A stretch of DNA of 53,690 bases, counting the filler, from Sluysia triapertura (Eukaryota): NCBI GenBank assembly GCA_046118255.1. It is 4 parts of 4 records of this genome, joined end to end, with 100 filler letters (N's around TTAATTAATTAA, not from the genome) between each part and the next. Parts side by side here need not be neighbours in the genome. Positions count along the whole stretch, not along the records: positions 1 to 17,934 come from JBJNIA010183723.1; positions 18,035 to 30,107 come from JBJNIA010142057.1; 2 more parts are not named here. One strand, given 5' to 3'. Below are positions 15,180 through 27,060 of the stretch, in pieces. The number at the start of each line of letters is the position of its first letter. Within the stretch, counting starts at the first letter, position 1. Both the position numbers and the translations under genes were made by a program. The notes under the pieces were generated by a model. It had not been told where the DNA came from, made no database searches, and saw nothing but the letters and a program-made list of their open reading frames with translations.

Positions 15180-15411
15180 ATAAAAAAAGTACTACAGTTA
15201 CTAGGTGGTCATTCGAATACATTTTGTCCATTAATCCAAAATATAAATATTGATTATTGTTCAGAAATATTAGACTCGACTCTGATTTTTATCAGTAATA
15301 GTTGTCCTAATCTTATATCAATTTCAATGGTCAAATGTACTCAAATATCAAATATTACAATATTTAATTTAATAACTAAATGTAACTCTCTAGCACAACT
15401 AAATATTGAAG
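15180..15411 (+). CDS. FBXL7: FBXL7-like gene, LRR exon
   Basis: ttcAG|IKKVLQLLGGHSNTFCPLIQNINIDYCSEILDSTLIFISNSCPNLISISMVKCTQISNITIFNLITKCNSLAQLNIE G|GTTAAT. It parallels the FBXL7 segment after the F-box and is absent from the supplied ORF track. Confidence 0.85.
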
Positions 15412-15500
15412 GTTAATATTAAATTTTATTAAGATCCAAATTATTTTCATTTGTCAATAGCTAGAATTTATTAAATTAATTGTTTATTAAAATAATTTAG

Positions 15501-15805
15501 GATGTAAAATGATCTCATCAATTAATGTCTTGCCAGATATTGACATGATTAAAAAGCCCGGTTTTGAATTAGAAATGAATTTAACTGAACTTAATCTTTC
15601 ATCTTGTAGTCTTATAGATGATAGCAGTATTTGTATAATGGCATCTAGATTTCGAAATCTTGAAAAGTTATATTTGAGAAATTTAGTACGAGTAACTAAT
15701 ACCGGCATAAAATACTTAGCTCGATATTCGACAAGGTTACGAGAATTAAGTTTAAATCATCTCAGAAAAGTAACTGATGAAGCATTGATTGAATTATGTG
15801 AAAGG
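15501..15805 (+). CDS. FBXL7: FBXL7-like gene, LRR exon
   Basis: tttAG|(G)CKMISSIN...LTELNLSSCSLIDDSSICIMASRFRNLEKLYLRNLVRVTNTGIKYLARYSTRLRELSL...ER|GTTAGC; cysteine-containing LRRs. Confidence 0.88.
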
Positions 15806-15953
15806 GTTAGCATTTATTGATTTTAAATATGTTTAAAATTATATTTTTCGGAATAAAAATTTAATACAAAATGATAAACTGGCTGATGTTTCTAAAAAAA
15901 GTGGTTAGGCAAGATCAGCTTCTACATTTGTGAATAAGAAAATAAAAGTAGAA

Positions 15954-16002
<49 letters not shown>

Positions 16003-16412
16003 TTAAATTCAAAGTTTTTGTTGAACTAATAAGTAATACATGATCATATAAAGCGCAAGATGAGCAGAATAAATCAAAAAAATCAGGAAAATAAGAAAAA
16101 CATTAAAAATACGTATTATCAATAAGCAAAACTTTGAAATGAAAAGAAAGTCGTGTTGATTTAAAACTAACGAAAATCAACTAATCTTTCACTAATCTTT
16201 TTGCTGTTGGCAATAGAAACATTTATTACATTAAAAATGTACAAATTTTATGTACAATAAAAGCAAGAATAAATGAGTTATAGAAAAAAAGGAAATTACA
16301 TCTAAAAAAGTTATTGTTAAAATGAAATTTCTTTAAAATTAAAGATTATTTAATGCCCCCAACACAACGATTTTTACTGAACATTTTAATAATAACTGTA
16401 TTCTATATTTAG

Positions 16413-17039
16413 AATCACGAAATTCACCTACAATATTTAAGTTTAGCAAGTTGTGTAGAATTAACAGATCGATCTTTAACAGCAATTTCAAAACATTGTA
16501 TTAATTATCAAAAATTTGTTGCTAAGCAACACAGGCATAGTAATGCATCAATTGGTAATAATCGTTTTACAAATAAAAAAATTGTCTCAAATATGCCAAT
16601 TTATTATTTAAATTTACACAAGTGTTCAAAAATAACGGACAATGGCCTGATAACATTAGCTATAGGTCTTCAACAAACATTATCCATGACAACTGCTACA
16701 AGAAGTGATTTGTCGAATTTCTTGTCATTAAATTTTAGTTGTTGTCTATTAATAGCCGATGAAGGTTTATATAGAATGATAAGCAGTATTGGTTGGATAA
16801 TTCAACAAACAGATTCGACCATTTGTCAACCGATAACTGGAATAAAAACATTAGCTAATTCTAGCAAATCAACAACAGAACCTATAATAACCATAGCAGA
16901 TGTCATTTTTGTCAATGTGCCGAATTTGAGATTGATCAAGTTAATGAATACATCAGTCGCACTTTCTACCACTAATTTATTAAGTAAATATATGCCTCAT
17001 TGTCAAATAATTTATAATGTCAATGTAACTGAATGTTGA
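16413..17039 (+). CDS. FBXL7: FBXL7-like gene, terminal LRR exon
   Basis: tttAG|NHEIHLQYLSLASCVELTDRSLTAISKHC...YYLNLHKCSKITDNGLITLA...TEC*. Phase 0 matches the previous donor; AATAAA near 17246. Confidence 0.85.
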   Translation, partial: NHEIHLQYLSLASCVELTDRSLTAISKHCINYQKFVAKQHRHSNASIGNNRFTNKKIVSNMPIYYLNLHKCSKITDNGLITLAIGLQQTLSMTTATRSDLSNFLSLNFSCCLLIADEGLYRMISSIGWIIQQTDSTICQPITGIKTLANSSKSTTEPIITIADVIFVNVPNLRLIKLMNTSVALSTTNLLSKYMPHCQIIYNVNVTEC

Positions 17040-17357
17040 TTTTCACATTATTGTTATTGTTATTATTACTATTATTATCATTATTATTATTGAGCGTATT
17101 AATAGTGAAAAATGAGAATAACTGTGTTATCAATTTTCAGACATTCATTATTATTTTTACTATTATTTTATCTTGTTACAATTATTATTTTATTATTGTT
17201 ATTATTATTATTTATTTTATGTATTAATTTTTTTGTTTAGCTGAAATAAATAAAAACTATATATCAAATTCAGAGTGACCTATCATTAAACGAATATTAA
17301 CTAAAAAGTAGTTTTTAAAAAAAGGTACATTTCAAAACATTTCAAAAATTTTTCAAA

Positions 17358-17790
17358 ATGAATAATTTTAAGCATAAAGTTGCTGATATTGTTCTTGCTG
17401 ATTGGGGTCGTAAAATTACATCCACAGGTGAAAATGAAATGCCAGTACTAATGATGATGAGAAGAGTCTATGGTCCTAAGAAACCGTTGAAAGGTGCCAG
17501 AATTGCTGGCTGTCTTCATATGACAATTCAAATTGCAGTTTTAATCGAGACACTGATAGAACTAGGTGCTGAAGTACACTGGTCATTATGTAATATCTTC
17601 AGTACACAAGATCACGCAGCAGCTACGATCGCTAAAAGAGGTGTACCGGTTTTTGCCTGGAAAGGAGACATGGACGAAGAATAAGTATGGTGTATTAATG
17701 TTTTATAACGGAGCACGGCTAAACGACGAAGGAGATTTGACCAACTTAGTTCATAACCTGTACGAAATGTTAGATGCTGATCTTTTGAGA
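17358..17790 (+). pseudogene. AHCY: Adenosylhomocysteinase (SAH hydrolase) pseudogene, intronless N-terminal fragment
   Basis: [13 protein letters not shown]...EMPVLM...[24 protein letters not shown]...[12 protein letters not shown]...FAWKG. An in-frame TAA replaces the Tyr of EEYxWCI, followed by a frameshift to DEGDLTNLVH. Normally conserved sites are substituted (EMPG>EMPV, WSS>WSL). Homology ends at a satellite. Confidence 0.9.
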
Positions 17791-17796
17791 CGTCCG

Positions 17797-17934
17797 GTTA
17801 TTAGTATTGTAAAGTGTTCAGCTATTAGTATTTTAAAGTGTTCAGCTATTAGTATTTTAAAGTGTTCAGCTATTAGTATTTTAAAGTGTTCAGCTATTAG
17901 TATTTTAAAGTGTTCAGCTATTAGTATTTTAAAG
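17797..17934 (+). repeat. 24-bp tandem repeat (GCTATTAGTATTTTAAAGTGTTCA)n, about 5.7 copies, running into the contig end
   Basis: Directly visible near-perfect tandem units. Confidence 0.95.
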
Positions 17935-18034
17935 NNNNNNNNNNNNNNNNNNNNNNNNNNNNNNNNNNNNNNNNNNNNTTAATTAATTAANNNNNNNNNN
18001 NNNNNNNNNNNNNNNNNNNNNNNNNNNNNNNNNN
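17935..18034. other. Artificial contig-joining spacer (N44-TTAATTAATTAA-N44)
   Basis: Exactly 100 nt with a palindromic 12-mer giving stops in all six frames; repeated identically three times. Confidence 0.97.
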
Positions 18035-18071
<37 letters not shown>

Positions 18072-18763
18072 TAATAATAATGATAATAATAATGATAATA
18101 ATAATAATAAAAATAATGATAATAATAATATTGAACAATTAATTAGAAATTTTGTTACATTAATTATTTTCTGTTGTAAAATTATATAATTATTTTCAGC
18201 AGAAAGAGGCATAATTAGACAGAAACATATTAATCGAAGCGATAAAATGCTAAACAACAAACTTTTTGAGTTTGATAAAAATAGATCATGCAATAGAAAT
18301 GTTTTGGCAGTTTTTAAGAATATAGATTATACAATTTATGTAGCAAATTAAATGATGTTTTGTCCAAAATTCAATATTCAATTCCACTTGAAGATGTTTA
18401 AAAAGATTCATACTTAACTCTGAAAACTTGTCAAAAAAGGCTTCATTGCTTTACTTGTAACTCAATACAAGATCAAGCGATACTAACGCAATCTACTGTC
18501 ACTATTCATTAATTAAGACTAATAATTTAAGATTTATTTAATGACAAATGTACAATTTTTGTATTTTGAATTCATTTAAAAAGTTTTATAAAATTTCTTA
18601 AAAATTATGCATAATTCATCAACTTCTACTTTCAAATAAAAGTAGCCTGACAATTGTAAATAAAACAAAACCAATCGCTTTTTTTCTTTTTTTAAATTTT
18701 GATGCCAATTCCTTTTTATTAATTATTGCGTTTCTTTTGTTTTCCGCATTTTTTATCCTTTAT

Positions 18764-19640
18764 TTATTCACTGGTGACGTAATTTCGACTGACGAGGTAG
18801 AGCATTTGCTTTGGTTTATTATTTAATTGGAGTTTTATATGTTCTATATTCGTGCCCATTTCTGCCTCATGAATTTCTTTACTTTCTTGTGTAATCGCTT
18901 CAGAAAGCTCTTCTTGATTATTGATGTCCAATGGAGCGCAAAGCTCATCTTCAAATTTATGTCTGTTACATGGCCAATTACCGGTAGATTTGAAACCATT
19001 CAAAGCAATATCCATACGAACTGATTTTGAATATGCAATTCCAAATAGTTCTGACACAGTAGTTTGTTTAATTGTGTTTCCAGGATTTGTTCTTAACCAG
19101 GAAGATGAGACTTCGTTATAATTTGTTTTTAAAGATTTTAAAAAAATCTGTCCACCGCCTCGTCCATATATTCCTGTTTCCATGCATTATAAATTCGCTT
19201 TGACTGCCTTGACATAATTATAGGCTAAAATATGAAATATAAATAACGTCAGCTGAGAGTAGGTAAAAACAATAAATAATTTCCTAAATCGTACGACTTA
19301 AGACACTAAAACTTCAAACGAAACATCACTTAATATTGAATAAAATTAATAGGATTTCATTTCGACCAAATGATTAGGTAAATTCTACTAAACTTATGTT
19401 TAATATGAAGCATAATTTTATCAATAATTTACTTGCAAACATATCCAGAAAATTATAAGAAAATTGAAATAAACTTACTTGATGAGAAAATTTACAACGT
19501 GGTAAATAGTAGTATGTCACACAACTTAGCTCACTCAGATGTATATTTAATTGCAGACATCTTGCTGTTGTCGCCGTAGTTTCTGGAAAATGCATGTGAT
19601 ACAACTTAAGCAGTGGTACGACTTGATCAACCTTACCCTA
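18764..19640 (-). mobile_element. Internally deleted pogo/DDE_1-family transposon remnant
   Basis: WLRTNPGNTIKQTTVSELFGIAYSKSVRMDIALNGFKSTGNWPCNRHKFED matches the C-terminal GF..TG.WP.N motif of DDE_1 transposases. A candidate terminus TA|GGGTAAGGTTGATCAAGTCGTACCAC lies at ~19640. Confidence 0.7.
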
Positions 19641-20682
19641 ATCAAAAATTAATAACATATTCGATAAAAATTAAATTAAAATAAAGATTGGGCAGAACAG
19701 GAAAAATTTCACAAATAATTAAATATTAAATAACTAAAATATTAATTACTATATCATAAGTTAACTATTATTAAGCAAAATAGTTAAAATTATAAATTAA
19801 ATTCTTACTACAAATTGACTATTATATTAATTATTTTGAATCATTATTACAAACCAACTATTTTATTATTAATTGTATATATTGTTACTTATATTCAGAC
19901 AAAAATTAACTACTACTGGATATATTACAAATAAAAAATTAATTGCTATTGCATATATTATAATTTAATATTAAAAACATTTTGGATGACAGTAAAATTC
20001 TACTATCATTTGATAAACAACAAAGAAAAAAAGTGGTTTTATAAAATGTAGTTCACGTTTTAAAAGGAGTTATGCGTTGAACATTACAGACGTTTATCTA
20101 TTGTTGATAATTGAATATTTTATTTAAACACCAAGATAATTCTATTTTTACTTGAACACAAGTTTTTAAAGTAGTACTTGATTTTGGTCTGAGTATAAAA
20201 ATTAATAAGATAAAGTTTCAATAAAAATAAAAATTACATATTATTATTTTCTTATAGTTACAGCAGTTGTAAACTATTATTTTTTAAAAAATAAACTTTG
20301 TGTTTTAAAAAAATAATAGTTTAATAATTTTGATCGAATTTTATGATCTTAAAGTTTGATTTAATATTATTTTTATTACTTCGTATTTTAATATGATAAT
20401 AGTAAGGTTTGATGTTTATAATTTTTAATTTCATATTGTCTTTATTGGATCTCACTTTAGAATGATTATTTATACAATTGAAATTTAAAATTTTGAATTT
20501 ATATTAACTCTATGTAATCTCATTTTAAATTAATACAAAAGCATTATAATCATAGTAATAATGATTTTAAATTTATTTTGAAAATGAAAATAAATTATTT
20601 TATATTTATGAAAATTAAAAATGAATTTAAAACTGGAAATTTGAAAATTTAATTTAAAGTCAAAATGAGCATTTATACAATA

Positions 20683-21730
20683 CAGTAAACTCCCGATTAT
20701 TCGGGCTAATGATGGAGAGGGTCGCACGGATAATCCTCAAAATAATAATACAAAAATAATTTAAAAAATACTAGTACAATACAAAACAATGAAAATACAT
20801 TCAATACTTTATTAAAAAATCGGTAATTTTGGTTTGTTTAAATGAATTTCTCAATGACGTCAGTGCCTTGTGACTAATGCGAATGGTAATATATTCTACC
20901 TCACTTTCTATCTCACTTTCATTTTCATGTGGATTTGAAATTAAATTTAACTAATATCGGTGTCATTCTGGATCAGATGAATCAAATCCCATCAATTTTT
21001 CAATATTTTGATCATCGACAATTTCAAAGCCATTTAAATTTTTCATTAGTTCACATAATTCTGAAATGTTACATATCTCAGGTTCGATAGAGTCCAAAAC
21101 ATTACTCTATACATTTCACAAAATTTTCAACAGCGATCGTACTGATGTTATTAGCTTAATTTTGCTCCCAGATTTAACAGCTCCATGTATTGCGTCCAGC
21201 ATTGTCAGTTTTTTCCATAAATTCATTAAATCGTCATTCTCGCCGCGATAATGGCGTTTCATTAAAGAGATAACTCCTTGGATCCATAGATTGAATTAAA
21301 GATGTTACATTAAGTGGTAAAAAATTTGCAGCTATAAGGGCGTTGTCTGTTTTCAGTATGCTTTCATTTTGATGACAAGGGGCATTATCTAATAACAGTA
21401 CTGCCTTCTGTGGCAATCCTTTTGAGGTACCCTCGCGGGAACTCTCAAGACTGGTTTGAGAATTTATTGAGGTAGGTGTACGGTGCTTTGTCCTAATATT
21501 AATTTCTTTGACATTGGTTGACATATTCATTGGGTAAAAATTTTACAAAAAAATTTTTCAAGAAATTCTTTGATGAAGTCAGTATTAAAAAAAAACTTGA
21601 CTTTAAAAAAAACTTGAATTTATAGGACCCATTTATTTTTATACTAATGTTCAAAGAGCCTTCTGTCCATTCATGCTCCTTTTTGATCGTGGTAGTCAAC
21701 AGGAAGATTCTTTATTTCTGTTACTTTTTG
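20683..21730 (-). mobile_element. Tigger/jerky-like (DDE_1) transposon remnant
   Basis: KNLPVDYHDQKGA*MDRRLFEH*YKNKWV and [47 protein letters not shown] (DDE_1 motifs). The terminus TA|CAGTAAACTCCCGATTAT at 20683 is Tigger-like. Confidence 0.85.
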
Positions 21731-22935
21731 CATTTTCTAAATATTATCCACTGATAATCCGCATACGCATCACTAGAAGATTGTGTAATATTTAAAAAAT
21801 ATTTCAGAAGTATAATGAGCGCTTTTCGCAGTAGATATTAAGCATGTATTGATTGTTTATTTATATTTATTTGTTTTACTTATTCAGGATTTATCGAAAG
21901 TATTTCATTTTTAAATATTCTTTCATATAGTTTTATTATACAAATTCATTTGAAAGTTTATTCAATTTTAATTGTAATACAAATGAAACCGAATCAAATT
22001 TCGTCTTACAAGTTCTATTAAATGTTTAGTCAACATTTTTGTATGTTGAGATTGAATTTGTTCATCAATATGTTTTGAATTTAAATTTATTATTTGATTT
22101 TTATAAAACATAAATATATAAAAATAATTATTTGTAAAATGAAAAAATTTCAGTGATCGATTCATACGTATTTTGGATTTGAATAATTAAATCTAAAAGA
22201 ACAATTACTTTAATAATTTTGACTTTAATAAAAGGTCTTTTAGTAAATGTTTTGAGAAATCGAAACATTCGTCACATAAAAATGAAATTAATCAATTTAT
22301 ATTTAGGGTGTAATTTGTATTACCCCTTCACATTAAATGAATTATTAGGGGATTTAAAATGTTTCAAATTAAGTTGTAAATAAAATAAAAAGTTTTGGAT
22401 TTTTGTAAAAATATGAATTGTAAACTAAAGTTACAAATATAGAAAATAGTTGTTTTATATTAGAAACAATAATATATTTAATTTTTTAAAGGCGAAATGT
22501 ATGATGCAAAAATAATGAATTATTTTTTAAGAAATTGTGCAAATTATAAATGTTACCATATTTTAAATTATTTGATTTCTTTTCGATCAGAAAATAAATG
22601 TAAGCATTTGTTAGATTGTTCTAAAAAAGAAGTTAAGATTATACTTTATAAAGATGCTTACTAGAATGTAATAAATATTATAAAGGTAATGTTCCACTTA
22701 TTTTGGACGCTGATTTGGATTGTTGAATAAAATTTAAACTTCAAAGAAACAATTTATCATCACTTACCTGTTTTAAGGCTTATTCATTTGATCTAAATAA
22801 TATGATTAAATTTGAATTTTGAGTATTGTAGTCAAAATTGTCTATGTTTTTGTGAATTTGTTAGTATAATTGAACATAACATTTTGTACATGATTGACGA
22901 CAAACAAAATATCGTGACATACAGTTTCGATGTAC

Positions 22936-23006
<71 letters not shown>

Positions 23007-24553
23007 CAGTAAATATTGGTAGAGTTAGAAATTATAGTTATTGTGATGGAAAATATCGTGGAACAGCTCATAATTTGTTTAATAAAAATTGTGATAAATT
23101 TGTTCCATTACATTTTTATTGATGTAACTTTAAAATGATTTAGTTTAAAATGTATTGATATTACTTCATCTAAATTTAAATAAATCTGACGCCGGAGGAT
23201 AGTATCTAAAATTAATTTAAATAAAATTGTAATGAAAATAAAAGTAAATCTATCACTACTAGACTTTAAGGTCGTCTAATAATGGTAGAATTTTAGTAAG
23301 ACTCATTTGCGAAGTGAAATTAAAGATTAATGAGGTTTTGTCTTACAACTTTAGCACGTACGTTTCCAGCTTAAGGCACTTATTCTTCGTTTTGCACGGT
23401 ATTTTTTACGCGTTTTCGCTTTTAGATGGTTCAGAAAAAGTTAAAATTAAATATTGAAAATGTGTTCCTTTTGATCATAGACAGTTTATTTTCAATATTT
23501 AACGGTGTAAAACGAGTGTTAGGTGTATAAAATGTTTCATTTTATCATTGAAATTACATTTCTGTAGTCTGCAGTGTAATTGGTTTTGAGTACATAGTCG
23601 AAATTTTTATACAATTTAAAAACTTTGAAGTTTTGTACCTAACAAGAAAATTAAAAATTCACCTCCGAGATAAAGCAGATCAATTTAGCGTGATTTAAAA
23701 AAAGTTTATAAAATTTAAATTATTCAATATTATTTGATTATTGCAATTTGATTTAATCGATAAAAAATTTTATAATCACTTTTGATAAACATTCGTAGTT
23801 ATCAAAGTATTAATAAGTAAAGATAAAATTAATAAAGTATTCTAGATAAATTAAATTATTTTATTTAAAATAATATTTGTGTCATAAATTTTAAAAAGGA
23901 ACTCTAAAATGATAAGCTGTTTATTTTCAAATGGAATAATTAATGTAATAATTTAAAAATAGAATTAATACGTCCCACAAGTAACTGAAAGGTAAATCAA
24001 TAAAGTAAATAAACAAAGTGAATATAGCAGCACCAAAACGTGAGTAAAGCAATTAATCTTAAGTTTTCTATTTTTGTAATTTTAGTAATATTGATAGAAA
24101 ATCAAATAAGTGCTACGAAATTACTTCATCAGATGTTTGTGGAGCACGTCAAGTTATGATTCCCTTGTTTTGTATCCGATTTCACAGAAATAAATATAAT
24201 ACTTAGTCTCATATTTTGTCTTATTTGAAATCACTGCGTGAAAGTTAACGATTTTCCAACAAGATTATATTACTTAGTTTATTTTTTTATTTTAAAATCA
24301 CTTTTCTTGAATAGTTTCCCAATTTTTAGCATTTTATTTTTAGCAGATGATTTTAGCAAAGTCAAGGAATATTTTCGAGAAAGAATTATTAATTACGTAA
24401 AATAACTAAGGATAAATTTAATAAATATTGCCAATCATTTCTGGAGTTTATTTTAATTTAAATGGAAAGCATTTAGAATACTTATTAACAATTCATTTGC
24501 TAGGTGTGTTGTTGCATTCATTTTGTTTCATAAATAAATAAATGAATAAATTT

Positions 24554-24555
<2 letters not shown>

Positions 24556-24600
<45 letters not shown>
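24556..24600. repeat. (AT)n microsatellite
   Basis: Directly visible. Confidence 0.95.
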
Positions 24601-24603
<3 letters not shown>

Positions 24604-25078
24604 ACAAAAAACATGAAAACACTCACACACCACAAAGTAAAAACAAAGAAAGAAAACAGGATAAGTTCAAGAAGAAAACTATCACAACGAAAAGACAATC
24701 AATAGGTAATCACCACGAGAATAGACAATTTTGGTATCAGGATAAGCAGTACTGAGACTCACGAATAATTCAGAAGACAAAAGGACTAACACAATTATCA
24801 TTGAAAATTCAAGGTTAAATTGTAAATTTTCTTTTTTTTGGATAACTTGAATTTTATATAATTTTGTAATTAAACTCTTATACTAAAACATTCTAACATT
24901 CGTCGTTATATTATTCATTTATCTCTACGTTCATTTAACTACAATTTTGTTTGTGAATAAATAGTGTTCTTAGTTTATTTAATTTGAATTAAGTGAGGTA
25001 GAACCCCAAAGAATTAAACTTTTCTTTAAAATAATTACTGAAGTAAATTTTGTTATTATTAATAGCCACTTTGTTAGA

Positions 25079-25310
25079 ACTTGCGTTTCCATTCCCTACC
25101 ATCGGAACGAGTATCCGAACTCAGACTTCTAGGAAAAATAAGTAAACGTTAATTAAATAACAAGACGATAAAGAGTTTAAATCGTTACTGATAGTGACTT
25201 AAAGATATTGAGGAATATTAGCATTTTACAGAATTTCTATCAAAAGTCTAATTATTTAATTTATTGAAAGTGTATATCAATTTATTGACATAGAAAGTAT
25301 CCAGAGAGAC
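25079..25310. repeat. Dispersed repeat, copy 1 (homologous to 35294-35570)
   Basis: Shared ACTTGCGTTTCCATTCC..CATCGGAACGAGTATC.GAACT..ACTTCTAG...ACGATAAAGAGTTTAA...ACTTAAAGATATT...CAGAATTT.TAT. Confidence 0.85.
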
Positions 25311-26187
25311 ATTTGGTTATTGAACATATTGAATTTCATTGATTTAAGTTTTTGAACACTTTTTATAAATCTAACAATATTTAAATATTTAAATTATTAT
25401 CAATCCTTTTGATACGTGTAACGAGTGATCATTATCAGTTTATGGTAATTGTTAGTACCAGATCGTGCCATACACAAAAACATCTAACAAAAACTAATTA
25501 TATAATATTTAAATAAGAAAAGATCTGAGCTGTGGTGATAGTTTTTCACTATTACAAGTATTTTCAATATCACAAATTTAAATTATACAAACATTTTAAA
25601 AATTATTAAAATATTTTTATTTTATTTTTCGATTAAAATATTTTTCCATATTCATATGTATTAAAAAACAAAATAAATTCCCATGTTATAACTATCAATT
25701 TTAAACATATTTAAATAATATCAAATTATTATTGAAATATTTAAATATGTTTTGCACTTGTGAAAAATTATATGATTTATAATTTATTTCTATTTTTAAT
25801 AAATATAGTAATAATAATAATAATAATAATGAATCATTAAATTGGTTAAATTTATATAAAAACTAATTATTAATTAAATTATTTCATTTTTATTTTATTA
25901 ATAAAATATTTTTCAAATAATTCTTAAAACGAAAGAAAATTAACATATCGTGATAAACAAAAGATTACGTAACCATTTGCTGTCCGGTATTCAGTACCAT
26001 TGGGCATATTTCATTGACATACATTCATTACAATTGCGTTTCTTTTCCATTTCTGGCTACCAGCACTCTAATAAAGAAGGATTAATAAGACAATATAATT
26101 GAATGTACTTTTTTAATTACTTGAATTAATTTTGATTTTAATTTTTTTATCAACTTTTTCTTTATTATATAAGATACAAATAAGATA

Positions 26188-26342
26188 TCAATAATAACGT
26201 TCTTTGGAACCAATTGATGCAGCATATGTGTTATGAAGTTTAATACTATCCGATTCGGATTGAAACGTTAATATGTATAACCGTACTTCACCTTGTTCAT
26301 TACGAACTGGAGCCACTATTATGTTACACATAAATTTGAGAC
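26188..26342 (-). CDS. KCNH (EAG/ERG/ELK) potassium channel PAS-domain PAC exon
   Basis: atttAG|(G)LKFMCNIIVAPVRNEQGEVRLYILTFQ resembles the ERG PAC segment [28 protein letters not shown], including a phase-1 intron at the Gly. The frame ends in TGA at 26188 unless an internal donor is used. Confidence 0.7.
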
Positions 26343-26418
26343 CTAAATTAAAATTTATTTAAATAATTATCATAATAAATGTTAAAATGATAATAATCAT
26401 AATAATAAAATGATTTTT

Positions 26419-26541
26419 ATCGAACTCAGGATTTCTTTTCACAGCTGTGCAGTTTTATGCTCTTACCACTGAGCTATCAGCCTCATCTAATAATTTTCTT
26501 TTATCCCTATTCTATGGCACTTTAAGCCTATACCTCAACAT
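26419..26541 (-). mobile_element. tRNA-derived repeat (SINE-like), copy 1
   Basis: GGCTGATAGCTCAGTGGTAAGAGCA (A box) ... CCTGAGTTCGAT (B box); shares a 5' flank with the copy at 39611-39740. Confidence 0.75.
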
Positions 26542-26639
26542 AGAATAATGATAGTATCATTGACTATAATAAAAGAAAATTATTAGAATATATATATATA
26601 TATATTTACCAGTAATTTCATGAAACTTAATATTAATAA

Positions 26640-27060
26640 TTGACCTCATTTCACCTTCGTTTTAGCACCTCCTCGCATCACCAGAAAAGGTATTCTCAAT
26701 TGGATTTACAAAAGGCAAATATGGAGGCAAGTAGCAAATATTGAAGTTACATAAAGTTGAATCATTCTGAAGTCCTTTGCAATGGTGAATTAGAGCATTA
26801 TCCTTAATGGAAGCAAGACTCAAAATCTGCAAGCTTCTCATTTAGTTCTATTAAAAACTCGCTGCCAGCTCATTAACCTTAAACAACACCAGACCATACT
26901 TACTCATTGCTGCCATAACTCAAATATTACGACTTCTGGCCGCAGGTACACTTATGCGTGTAAATGTGTCTTTAACACTGCGACCTTTTCTCGCTTTATA
27001 CCTAAACTTCACCGAATATATCATCCTCTGTTCTATTGTTTCTTCTTTCTGAAACTATTG
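26640..27060 (-). mobile_element. Tc1/IS630-like (DDE_3) transposase remnant
   Basis: KGRSVKDTFTRISVPAARSRNI*VMAAMSKYG and IKDNALIHH...ICYLPPYLPFVNPIENTFS (DNA..H and LPPYSP.LNPIE motifs); stops and deletions. Confidence 0.88.

Noticed and set aside
17033-17227. Hydrophobic poly-Leu/Ile ORFs (also 17979-18293, 22812-23012, 24552-24755)
   Set aside because: Translations of TAT/TA microsatellites in UTR or intergenic DNA.
17797-17934. 24-bp repeats as a CRISPR array
   Set aside because: Units are head-to-tail with no spacers, in a eukaryotic context with no cas genes.
17566-17982. 138-aa ORF with (CSAISILK)n repeats
   Set aside because: Read-through of the frameshifted AHCY remnant into a 24-bp satellite and N spacer; not a real repeat protein.
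17979-17990. Palindromic TTAATTAATTAA as a biological site
   Set aside because: Identical inside all three N-runs; a six-frame-stop assembly linker.
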